Assembly: GCA_963716725.1 (NCBI GenBank)
Contig: CAVQUB010000004.1
Location: 96,001 to 160,000 of the forward strand
DNA length: 64,000 nucleotides
From: an uncultured delta proteobacterium
GTDB lineage: Bacteria > Myxococcota_A > Polyangia > Polyangiales > Polyangiaceae
Direction of reading: 5' to 3'
Shown here: piece after piece, positions 53,782 to 62,808 of the stretch
Numbering within the stretch: position 1 is the stretch's first letter
How the letters are laid out: every line of letters begins with the position of its first letter
Made by a program: the position numbers and the translations under genes
The notes under the pieces: model-generated
The model's input: only the letters and a program-made list of their open reading frames with translations
Database searches by the model: none
Told to the model about the DNA's origin: nothing

Positions 53782-55788
53782 ATGAGTCGCGAGTTCACTG
53801 ACGGTCAAATCGTCCCCGGCACTCGCTATCGAGTGCGCGGCCACCTGGGCTCCGGGGGCATGGGTTCGGTGTACCTCGTGGAGCACACCGAGCTGGGCAA
53901 AGAGTTCGTGCTCAAGGCCCTGTTTCGCGAGCTCGCCGGACGCAAAGATCTGGTCGCGCGGCTCCGCCAAGAGTGGCGGTCCCTCGCGCGCCTGAACCAC
54001 CCGAACATCGTCAACGTCACCGACGCCGGGACCAGCGACAACGGTGCTCCTTTCTACGTGATGGAGCGCGTCGCGGGCGAGACGCTGGGGCAACTGCTCG
54101 AGCGCGAGCACGCGCTCAGCGTGCCGCGGGCCATCGGTATCGCCGCTGCAGTGCTCGACGGGCTCAGCGCCGCCCACGAGATCGGCATCGTGCACCGCGA
54201 CGTCAAACCTCCGAACATCTTCGTGGTGGCCGGCGGCGGGGTGCGCCTGCTCGACTTCGGCGTGGCCAAGCTCGCCGACCAGAGCGCCGAGGTGATCACC
54301 GCGCGGGGAGTCGCCATCGGTACGCCCCGCTACATGTCGCCAGAGCAGGCCCGGGGCCAAGCCGTCGACGCGCGGACCGATTTGTACGCCGTCGGCCTGG
54401 TGCTCTTCGAGTCCATCGCGGGCGAAGGCCCCTTCGACGCCGCCCGGGACGCCAACGAGCTCCTGATCGCTCACCTGTCCAAGCCAGTGCCACGACTCTC
54501 CAGCTTTCACCGCGGAGTGTCCGCGGAGCTCGACGACATCGTGATGAGCCTGCTCGCGAAAGATCCAAACGCCCGGCCCAAGACCGCGCGCGACGTCGCG
54601 GCGACGCTACGCGGCCTGATCAGGCGCAGCGCGCACCTGCCGTCGATCAGCGGCTCGACTCCCCACGCCGGGTACCAGGCGCCCACCGTCAACGCGATCA
54701 CCGCGCTTCCGCCCACGCGACCCGAGGGCGCCGCGCGCAATTCCGAGCCGCCCACGATCAACGCGCCGCTCGGGCTCGACGGCGTCGCGCGTCGCAATTC
54801 CGAGCCGCCCACGATCAACGCGCCGCTCGGGCTCGACGGCGTCGCGGGCCGCAAGTCCGAGTCCCCCACGATCAACGCGCCGCTCGGGCTCGACGGCGTC
54901 GCGCGTCGCTCGAACCCGCCTCCAGGCGCGACCACGACCGTGATCGGCACCCCAGTGCTCGCCGGCGGCACCACGCTGTCTGCATCGGCGCCGACGCGAC
55001 CCGGGATGGACTGGGCGAAGGACGGGTTCCAGACGGTCGCCGCGTCCAGTGACGGCCTGCTCGGAGTCGAAGACACCCTGGTCGCATCGGCTCCGCCGTC
55101 GGCCATTCAGGCGTTGCCGCTGGGCGCCGATCACACGTTGCCCATCGACAGCCCCGTCGCGCCCGCGCCAAACGAAGCGCTGACCCGCACCTCCATTCCC
55201 GTAGCCGCCCTCGTCCGCCCGCCGTCCGCAGGCTGGTCCACGCCGGACCCGTCGCCGCTGCCCTACGGATTCGTCGAGACTCCGCCGCCGTTCATGTCGG
55301 CGACGCCCGAGCCTCCGGCGCGCGCCGCGGCGGCGAGCCGCCTCCCCTTTGTGCTGGCTGGGCTCGCCATGCTGATTTTGGTCGCGGGCGTCGGCGCGTT
55401 CTTGTCGCTGCGACCCGCGCCAATCGTTCCCGGCGTCGCGGCGGCTTCGGACGTCGAGGGCATGCCCGCGGCTTCCATCCCAGTCGGTCCCGCCGCCGAG
55501 CCCGCGCCCACGGCCGCCGAGTCCGCGCCCACGGCCGCCGAGTCCGCGCCCACGGCCGCCGAGTCCGCGCCAAAGGCCGCTGGGTCCGCGCCCACGGCCG
55601 CCGAGTCCGCGCCAAAGGCCGCCGGACCCGCGCCAAAGGCCGCTGGGCCCGTGGCCCCGATCCCGGTCGCACCCGCTGCCAAGGCCCAGCCGTCGACCCA
55701 GAAAATCCAGAAAACCCCGCAAAAACCCCAGGGAAAGCCCGTGGCCAGCAAGCCCACTCCGGCTCAACTCCCCGGTTCGGGCCTGTGA
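53782..55788 (+). CDS. Membrane Ser/Thr protein kinase
   Basis: LGSGGMGSVY, HPNIV, HRDVKPPN, DFG, GTPRYMSPEQ; TM segment and Pro/Ala-rich tail. Confidence 0.93.
   Translation: MSREFTDGQIVPGTRYRVRGHLGSGGMGSVYLVEHTELGKEFVLKALFRELAGRKDLVARLRQEWRSLARLNHPNIVNVTDAGTSDNGAPFYVMERVAGETLGQLLEREHALSVPRAIGIAAAVLDGLSAAHEIGIVHRDVKPPNIFVVAGGGVRLLDFGVAKLADQSAEVITARGVAIGTPRYMSPEQARGQAVDARTDLYAVGLVLFESIAGEGPFDAARDANELLIAHLSKPVPRLSSFHRGVSAELDDIVMSLLAKDPNARPKTARDVAATLRGLIRRSAHLPSISGSTPHAGYQAPTVNAITALPPTRPEGAARNSEPPTINAPLGLDGVARRNSEPPTINAPLGLDGVAGRKSESPTINAPLGLDGVARRSNPPPGATTTVIGTPVLAGGTTLSASAPTRPGMDWAKDGFQTVAASSDGLLGVEDTLVASAPPSAIQALPLGADHTLPIDSPVAPAPNEALTRTSIPVAALVRPPSAGWSTPDPSPLPYGFVETPPPFMSATPEPPARAAAASRLPFVLAGLAMLILVAGVGAFLSLRPAPIVPGVAAASDVEGMPAASIPVGPAAEPAPTAAESAPTAAESAPTAAESAPKAAGSAPTAAESAPKAAGPAPKAAGPVAPIPVAPAAKAQPSTQKIQKTPQKPQGKPVASKPTPAQLPGSGL
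54736..54906 (+). repeat. Three 57-bp in-frame tandem repeats (RNSEPPTINAPLGLDGVAR)
   Basis: Units start at 54736, 54793 and 54850. Confidence 0.92.
55492..55650 (+). repeat. About 7 in-frame 21-bp tandem repeats (APTAAES / APKAAGP)
   Basis: GCCGCCGAGTCCGCGCCCACG units. Confidence 0.88.
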
Positions 55789-55861
55789 CGCCGCGGACGC
55801 TGGACGAAGCCGCGAGCTTGCCGTAAGTTCCGCGCCCCTCACCGGGACCCCTCGGCGAGGA

Positions 55862-55955
55862 GAACCCACGTCTCGAAGCGCGAACGACCGGATCCGGTGT
55901 TCGATGAGCACGACGCTCATCGGGCTCCCCGGCGCGGGACGGAGGCTCAACCGGA
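55862..55955 (+). promoter_or_regulatory. Probable rpsB (S2) autoregulatory leader
   Basis: GGAGGCTCAACC just upstream of rpsB resembles the conserved GGAGGCATAACC element of S2 leaders; boundaries approximate. Confidence 0.45.
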
Positions 55956-55969
55956 AAGGAATGCGCATC

Positions 55970-56860
<891 letters not shown>

Positions 56861-56888
56861 ACCGACGCTGATTTCAGGAGACAGACAG

Positions 56889-57815
56889 ATGAGCCAAATC
56901 AGCATGCAGCAGGTCAAGGAGCTTCGTGATCGCACCGCGGCGGGTCTCAACGACTGCCGGAGCGCGCTCATGGAAGCGTCCGGTGACATGGAGAAGGCTG
57001 TGGAGATCATCCTCAAGAAGGGCCTCGCCAAGAGCGCGAAGCGCGCCGGCGCTGTGGCCAGCGAGGGTGAAGTCGCAGCGTGGGTCGCGGCCGACGGGCT
57101 GTCGGGCGTGATGGTCGAGGTCAACATCCAGACCGACTTCGCGGCGCGCAACGACGACTTCAAGGCCTTCGTGCAGAAAATCGTCGACGTCGCGAGCCGG
57201 GCCAAGGGCGGCGCAGATCTGAGCGCGGAGCCCTTCCCCGGCGGCGGCAGCGTCGAAGAGGCGCGGCAGGCTCTGGTCGGCAAACTCGGTGAGAACATCA
57301 TCGTGCGCCGCTGGGATCGCCTGGTGGTCGACGGCGGCAAGGTCCACGCCTACGTGCACATGGGCGGTAAGGTCGGCGTGTTGGTAGCGGTGCAGGCCGC
57401 TGCCGCCGGCGCGAGTGCCAAGCCCGAGTTTGCCAAATTCGTCGACGACCTGGCGATGCAAGCCGCAGCGATGAGCCCGTTTTGGCTCGCGAAGAGCGAC
57501 GTGCCGGAGGCAGACAAGCAGAAGCAGATCCGGGTCTTCGACGCGCAGCTCGCCGATGAGGGTAAGCCCGAGGCCGCGCGCCCCAAGATCATCGAGGGCA
57601 AGCTGGGCAAGTGGATGAAGGAAGTGTGCTTGCTCGAGCAAGAGAGCGTGATCGAATCGGGCAAGACCATCGATCAGCTGCGCGCGGAGCTCGGCAAGGC
57701 CGTCGGCGGCGACGTCGCGGTCAAGCAGTTCGCTCGCTTCCAGCTCGGCGAAGGCATCGAGAAGCCCACCGGCGACGAGTTCGCGGCCGAGGTCGCGAAG
57801 ATGGCCGGCAACTGA
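56889..57815 (+). CDS. tsf: Translation elongation factor Ts
   Basis: VKELRDRTAAGLNDCRSAL, EVNIQTDFAARN, GENIIVRR, FARFQLGEGIEK. Confidence 0.96.
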   Translation: MSQISMQQVKELRDRTAAGLNDCRSALMEASGDMEKAVEIILKKGLAKSAKRAGAVASEGEVAAWVAADGLSGVMVEVNIQTDFAARNDDFKAFVQKIVDVASRAKGGADLSAEPFPGGGSVEEARQALVGKLGENIIVRRWDRLVVDGGKVHAYVHMGGKVGVLVAVQAAAAGASAKPEFAKFVDDLAMQAAAMSPFWLAKSDVPEADKQKQIRVFDAQLADEGKPEAARPKIIEGKLGKWMKEVCLLEQESVIESGKTIDQLRAELGKAVGGDVAVKQFARFQLGEGIEKPTGDEFAAEVAKMAGN

Positions 57816-57861
57816 TCTGATCGGTCCGCTTTGGAGCGGACGCTGACCGGCTGACTGAAGG

Positions 57862-57893
57862 AGCGCGTCGGGCGAGAGCTCGGCGCGCTTTTT
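57862..57893 (+). terminator. Rho-independent terminator after tsf
   Basis: Stem AGCGCGTCGGGC / GAGA loop / GCTCGGCGCGCT followed by TTTT. Confidence 0.75.
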
Positions 57894-57985
57894 CGTGCGC
57901 GGTCGCCCGCGCGGTGCGGGTGCAGCAGGTTGCGACGAGGTGAATGTCGCCGTGGGCGCCAAGCGGGTGCGCACGCTCACCCGCG

Positions 57986-58981
57986 TCAACGCTTCTGCCG
58001 CACGGCAGCCACCCAATTTGCGTGCTCCGCGTACCACGTCACGGTGTCGGCGATCCCCTGCTCGAACGAGCGCTCGGGGCGCCAGCCGAGCTCGGTCTGG
58101 ATCTTGGTCGCGTCGATGGCGTAGCGCCGATCGTGTCCCGGCCGGTCGGGCACGAATCGGATGAGCTCACGGCTCTGACCCACGCGCCGCCCGAGGTGCG
58201 CGTCCACGGCGTCGGCGATCCGTTCGACGAGGTGCAGGTTCACCCACTCGTTGTTAGCGCCGACGTTGTAGGTCTCACCGACGCGGCCTCGCGTGAGCAC
58301 GCACCAGAGGGCCCGACAGTGGTCCTGGACGTGCAGCCAGTCGCGTACGTGCAGGCCGTCGCCGTAGACGGGGATCGGATCGTCGCGGAGCGCGGCTGCG
58401 ATGACGACGGGGATCAGCTTCTCCGGGTGCTGATAGGGGCCGTAGTTGTTGGAGCAGTTGGTCACGACGGTGGGCAGCCCGTAGGTGTGATGATAGGCGC
58501 GAGTCAGCATGTCCCCAGCGGCCTTGCTCGCCGAGTACGGTGATCGCGGAGCGTAGGGCGTGTGCTCGCTGAACCTGCCGTCGGGGCCGAGGCTGCCGTA
58601 GACCTCGTCGGTGGACACGTGCACGAGCCGTTCGAGGCCGTTGGCCCGCGCGGCCTCGAGCAGGTGAAAGCTGCCGACCACGTTGGTGTGGATGAAGTCG
58701 GCGGGCGCCGCGATGGAACGATCCACGTGGGACTCGGCGGCGAGGTGCAACACGTGAGTCGGATTGTGGCGACGGAACACCTCGACCACGCGGTCGCGAT
58801 GGCGGAGGTCGACCTGCTCGAAGCCGTGACGCGGATCGTCGATGTCGGCCAGGCTCTCGCGGTGTCCCGCGTAGGTCAGCGCATCGAGGTTCACCACGCG
58901 CTCGACCTCCGGCTGGGCGATCAGGAGCCGAACCAAGTTCGAGCCGATGAAGCCCGCGCCGCCGGTGACGAGAACGCGCAC
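57986..58981 (-). CDS. rfbB: dTDP-glucose 4,6-dehydratase
   Basis: VTGGAGFIGSN, HLAAESHVDRSI, HVSTDEVYGSL, PYSASK, SNNYGPYQHPEKLIP, DRPGHDRRYAID. Confidence 0.95.
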   Translation of the reverse strand: MRVLVTGGAGFIGSNLVRLLIAQPEVERVVNLDALTYAGHRESLADIDDPRHGFEQVDLRHRDRVVEVFRRHNPTHVLHLAAESHVDRSIAAPADFIHTNVVGSFHLLEAARANGLERLVHVSTDEVYGSLGPDGRFSEHTPYAPRSPYSASKAAGDMLTRAYHHTYGLPTVVTNCSNNYGPYQHPEKLIPVVIAAALRDDPIPVYGDGLHVRDWLHVQDHCRALWCVLTRGRVGETYNVGANNEWVNLHLVERIADAVDAHLGRRVGQSRELIRFVPDRPGHDRRYAIDATKIQTELGWRPERSFEQGIADTVTWYAEHANWVAAVRQKR

Positions 58982-58982
58982 C

Positions 58983-60401
58983 TCAGTACTTGCGCTTCCC
59001 CCGGCGCGGAGCCGGAAAATCGGGGAGACTGCGGTCCAGTTCGGTCCACTCCCTCAGCAGCGCTTCCGCCAGCTTCTGCTTGCCGAGGTCGTCTTGTTCT
59101 CCCGGATCGCTCACGAGGTCGAAGATCTGCGGCACCTGCTCGGTCTCGGTCACCACGATCTTCTTGTGGTTGCGGATGAGGGCACGTCGCCGAGGGGCCT
59201 GATCGGTGTAGGGCATGTCGATCACGATGTCTCGCGCTGGGGGCCGCGCGCCTCCGATCTCGGGGACGAGGCTGGTGCCGCGAAACGATTTCGGCGCGTC
59301 CACCCCCGCCAGCTCACAGATCGTGCGTGCGAGATCGATGTGGCTCCGCCGCGCGTCGACCCGCCCTGGCTTCACCCCAGGCACGCGGATGAGGAGCGGC
59401 ACGCGGGTGAGTACCTCCCACAGGGTGTAGCCGTGCTCGAAGGTGCTCTTGTGTTCGCCGAAGGCTTCGCCGTGGTCTGCGCTCACGATCACGGCCGTTC
59501 GGTGGGCCCAGGGCTGTTTGTCGATGAAGTCGAGGACTCGGCCGACTTGCGCGTCAGTGAACAGGACCTCGCCATCGTAGAGGTTCTTCAGCGATTGCCC
59601 CACGCTGCCCAGCGCCACCCCCGGCGCGACCACATCGCCGCCGCCCTTCGCAGCGCTCGGCGAGCCGCCGTCCTCGTAGGCGGAGCCCGTGAAGCGCGGC
59701 TGCCCCTCGTGCCGCGCGTAGGCAAAGTGAGGATCCATGAAGTGGGCCCAAGCGAAGAAGCGTGCGCCGGAGGCCTGCGCGCCGAGGGCTTCGATGAACA
59801 TGTCCGCGAGCTTGTCGTCGACGATGTGCCCCTCGCGTGCGGGCAGGGTGGTGATCTTGGGCACGACGCGCCAGTCGTCGAAGCCCTGGCGCATGCCCGT
59901 GTCGCCCTGAAAGTACACGTGGCCGTGCGCCGCCAGCGTCTTCACGGCCGCGCCCTTCAAGACCTCGGCGAGCATCAGCGCTTCTTCGCCGAAGGCGCTG
60001 GTCGCCAGCCCGCTGCGCGGCAACTCCGAGGGGTAGCGCGCGCTCATCAGGCCGCCCAGCGACATGGACGTGTAGCTCGAGAGCGCGTAGGCGTGGGTGT
60101 AGACCACGCTCTTGTCCGCGAGGCGCGTGAGGTTTGGCGCGATGGGACGCGGGTAGCCGAGCCAGGGCATGTCTGCCCGCAGCGCGTCGACGGTGATGAG
60201 CACCACGTTCAGATCGCGCGGGAACTGGGGGACCGGCGCGGGCGGGGTGGGGAATACGGTTGGCGGCGCGGTGGGGGACGGACCCGCTGAGGGGAAGGGC
60301 CCGGCGGGCTTCGGGCGATCGTTGCAGCCGACCAGAGCGGTGGCGGCGATCAGTAAGGTCGAAGCAACGGAGGAGTTCAGCGACAACGGCGGCGATCCCA
60401 C
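58983..60401 (-). CDS. Sulfatase-like/alkaline phosphatase superfamily lipoprotein
   Basis: Lipobox LVGC, NVVLITVDALRAD, HFMDPH, YDGEV, SADHGEAFGEH, RVPLLI; start uncertain. Confidence 0.88.
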   Translation of the reverse strand: MGSPPLSLNSSVASTLLIAATALVGCNDRPKPAGPFPSAGPSPTAPPTVFPTPPAPVPQFPRDLNVVLITVDALRADMPWLGYPRPIAPNLTRLADKSVVYTHAYALSSYTSMSLGGLMSARYPSELPRSGLATSAFGEEALMLAEVLKGAAVKTLAAHGHVYFQGDTGMRQGFDDWRVVPKITTLPAREGHIVDDKLADMFIEALGAQASGARFFAWAHFMDPHFAYARHEGQPRFTGSAYEDGGSPSAAKGGGDVVAPGVALGSVGQSLKNLYDGEVLFTDAQVGRVLDFIDKQPWAHRTAVIVSADHGEAFGEHKSTFEHGYTLWEVLTRVPLLIRVPGVKPGRVDARRSHIDLARTICELAGVDAPKSFRGTSLVPEIGGARPPARDIVIDMPYTDQAPRRRALIRNHKKIVVTETEQVPQIFDLVSDPGEQDDLGKQKLAEALLREWTELDRSLPDFPAPRRGKRKY

Positions 60402-60532
60402 TCGCCCAGTTTAGCCGAGGTGATCGCCGGAAGGCTGCTTCCATGAGCACGCGGAGCGCTGTTCGGGCGTTGCCGGGGAGGGTTGCAGCGGGACGGTGCG
60501 GGATGCAGGGTCTGGGCGCGGCCGTCGTCGTG

Positions 60533-60755
60533 ACCACGAGCTTGCCGCCGATCCACCACGAGCTTGCCGCCGATCCACCACGAGCTTGCCGCCGATCCAC
60601 CACGAGCTTGCCGCCGATCCACCACGAGCCTGCCGCCGATCCACCACGAGCTTGCCGCCGATCCACCATGAGCTTGCCCGCCGATCCACCACGAGCTTGC
60701 CCGCCGATCCACCACGAGCTTGCCCGCCGATCCACCATGAGCTTGCCGCCGATCC
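60533..60755 (+). repeat. Tandem array: 10 copies of 22/23-bp unit ACCACGAGCTTGCCGCCGATCC
   Basis: Six 22-bp units, three 23-bp units, one final 22-bp unit; no spacers. Confidence 0.95.
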
Positions 60756-61285
60756 TCTCAGTCGTCTTCGTCCTCACCCTCGTCTCGGGCTCCACCACGG
60801 GATGTGGCGCCAAGCCGAACCGGACGCGCGACGCTGCGGTCGTGACGGGGGCGGCCCTCGTCACGGCCGGCGTCTACCGCGCGACGACTGGCGGGTGCTG
60901 GGCTCAGTGTTCCCCCGGCCGCTACTGCAACCGAAGGACCGGCACCTGCGAGGAGCTACCCCGCTCCGGGCCGAGGGGCGCAGCGCCTTCCGCGAGCGCA
61001 ACGCCTTCCGCGAGCGCAGCGCCGCCAGGGGGCGACTGGTGGGAAACCGGCGACGGCGCGTGCCCCGCGGGCGCGACCATCGACAGGAACCCGTCCGAGG
61101 AGGGTGACCGAGTGATCTTGTGCAGCCGCGCGGACGGCACTCCGCACGGATCTGCGACCTTCTTCTACCCGAACGGCCGGCGCGAGATGCACGGCGAGTA
61201 TCGCGACGGCAAACCCATTGGCACCTGGCGGCATTGGGACGAAGACGGGACGCCCGGCAAGTCGGAGCAGCTCGGCGAGAAGTGA
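60737..61285 (+). CDS. Cys-rich lipoprotein with MORN-variant (YwqK-like) C-terminus
   Basis: MSLPPILSVVFVLTLVSGSTTGC signal, GCWAQCSPGRYCN..C, HGSATFFYPNG..GEYRDGKPIGTWRHWDEDG; in-frame upstream ATGs at 60668 and 60503. Confidence 0.72.
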   Translation: MSLPPILSVVFVLTLVSGSTTGCGAKPNRTRDAAVVTGAALVTAGVYRATTGGCWAQCSPGRYCNRRTGTCEELPRSGPRGAAPSASATPSASAAPPGGDWWETGDGACPAGATIDRNPSEEGDRVILCSRADGTPHGSATFFYPNGRREMHGEYRDGKPIGTWRHWDEDGTPGKSEQLGEK

Positions 61286-61291
61286 GGCGCG

Positions 61292-61376
61292 CCGCCGAGC
61301 GGGCAACCGCCGAACGGGCAACCGCCGAGCGGGCAACGGCCGAGCGGGCAACCCCCGAGCGGGCAACCCCCGAGCG
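61292..61376 (+). repeat. Tandem array: about 5.7 copies of 15-bp unit CCGCCGAGCGGGCAA
   Basis: Units at 61292, 61307, 61322, 61337, 61352, partial at 61367. Confidence 0.92.
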
Positions 61377-61625
61377 TAGTCTTGCTCGGTAGTCGGGCCG
61401 GACGCGCGCAAGAAGCGACGCGTTCACGATCACTTACGACTGCGGCGACGGCGCTCGTCCCGCACGCACAATTTCGCAGGCCTACTTCCGGAATGCCCCC
61501 CCGCCGGCGCCGCAGCCCTGAGGGGCCTCGAGCGGAGCCCTTCCCAAGCGTTCGGCGTCGGTTCGGTGCGGCAGGCGGAAATGGAGCACGGTCGGTGGCA
61601 CCCGCGCACCGAGGACGCGCTTCGT

Positions 61626-61926
61626 GACGACCCTTGGAAGTCCCTGGCGAGGGACGACCCTTGGAAGTCCCTGGCGAGGGACGACCCTTGGAAGTCCCTG
61701 GCGAGGGACGACCCTTGGAAGTCCCTGGCGAGGGACGACCCTTGGAAGTCCCTGGCGAGGGGCGACCCTTGGAAGTCCCTGGCGAGGGACGACCCTTGGA
61801 AGTCCCTGGCGAGGGGCGACCCTTGGAAGTCCCTGGCGAGGGACGACCCTTGGAAGTCCCTGGCGAGGGGCGACCCTTGGACGACCCCGGGAAGTACCCG
61901 GAGGGGCAAGTCCCCGACGGGGGACA
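61626..61926. repeat. Tandem array: 9 full 27-bp palindromic units GACGACCCTTGGAAGTCCCTGGCGAGG plus partial and degenerate copies
   Basis: Units every 27 bp from 61626 to 61868 (A/G variant at position 2); degenerate tail to 61926; internal hairpin GTCCCT-GGCG-AGGGAC. Confidence 0.96.
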
Positions 61927-61929
61927 CTC

Positions 61930-62159
61930 GAAGGGGTGAAACGAGCGCTCTCTACTTCGAGGTCCGGCCCTGCGCGCCCGCGGCCCGGCGCGGAGCATCG
62001 CGGAAGCCGCGCCTGCGCGTGATGTCGACGAGCGCAGGCAGGAACCGGAAACCTTCGCTTCACGTGCGCGCTGCCACACCCGCGACGCTGCCGCTGCCAA
62101 GCCCACCAACGGCAATCCGTGCACGACCCGTTTGTCAGGGGGTGTGCAAGCACCGTGGT
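61930..62159 (-). mobile_element. MITE-like internally deleted IS1182 derivative (~230 bp)
   Basis: Reverse complement ACGGTGCTTGCACACCCCCTGACAAACGGGTCGTGCACGGATTGCCGTTGGTGGGCTTGGCAGCGGCAGCGTCGCGGG aligns over ~75 bp with 16786-16862. Confidence 0.7.
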
Positions 62160-62363
62160 TCTGGCGCACGCTTCAGCCGGCTGCGAATCGAAAAGAACGC
62201 ATCTCGTACGATTTCGACACGTTTCTCGACGCACGACGCACGCGAGTGACGCGTCGTTCGAAACTTGCCGCGTGCGAGCGCGAGGACGATCCACGACGGC
62301 GCTCTGGCTCCCGGATGACTTTCGACGCGTCGAGCTGCGCGTTCGTTGCTCTCGGTGGCAGCT

Positions 62364-62400
62364 GCGAGGCCGAAAATCCTCGTGGTATGCCGGAGACATG
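62364..62400 (+). promoter_or_regulatory. Second copy of the conserved motif upstream of the HNH-family gene
   Basis: Aligns with 15466-15503. Confidence 0.45.
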
Positions 62401-62808
62401 TTCGCGCTCGACGCTCTCGAGAACCAGGCTCTCCTCGCGCGTTTGCCCAGCCTTCGGGCTCTCGAACGCGAAGCCACCGCCGAGCTCATCGCGTACCTCT
62501 GCGAGCTCGACCGCCGCCGCTTGTACACAGCGGTGGCTTGCTCGTCGCTCTCCTCGTATTGCACCGAGCGGCTCGGCTACTCCGAGAACGAGGCCCAGGT
62601 GCGGGTCGGGGTCGCTCGACTTTGCCAGCGTCTGCCCCAGGCCCTCGACGAGCTCCGGAGCGGGCGAATCCACCTGACCGGCCTGTTCCTCCTGTCGGGG
62701 CGGCTGACCTCGGAGAACGCCGATGCCCTGCTCGCCGAAGCTCGGGGCAAGTCTCGGCGTGACCTCGAGTGTTTGCTGGCCCGCTGGTTCCACCCCTTCG
62801 GCTCATGA
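62398..62808 (+). pseudogene. 5' fragment (~131 codons) of a DUF222-like/HNH nuclease paralog
   Basis: ELDRRRLY..ACSSL..YCTERLGYSE..VARL..PQALDEL.SG.IHLTGLFLLSG.LT..NAD.L.AEARGKS..LLARW matches the protein at 15501; similarity stops at ~62790, and the stop codon lies inside the IS4 IR. Confidence 0.88.

Noticed and set aside
61380..61625. Possible ncRNA or further element remnant between the 15-bp and 27-bp arrays
   Set aside because: Only weak GC-rich hairpins and marginal similarity to 13480-13570; cannot be supported by eye
60533..61926. CRISPR or TIGR-like guide array
   Set aside because: Units are directly adjacent and near-identical with no unique spacers; no cas or Nop-domain gene recognised in the window
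61566..62249. ORFs made of repeated DDPWKSLAR / GTTLGSPWR / EVPGEGRPL
   Set aside because: All frames stay open only because the 27-bp unit lacks stop codons; no RBS or domain support, and the same unit occurs in a non-coding context at 13706
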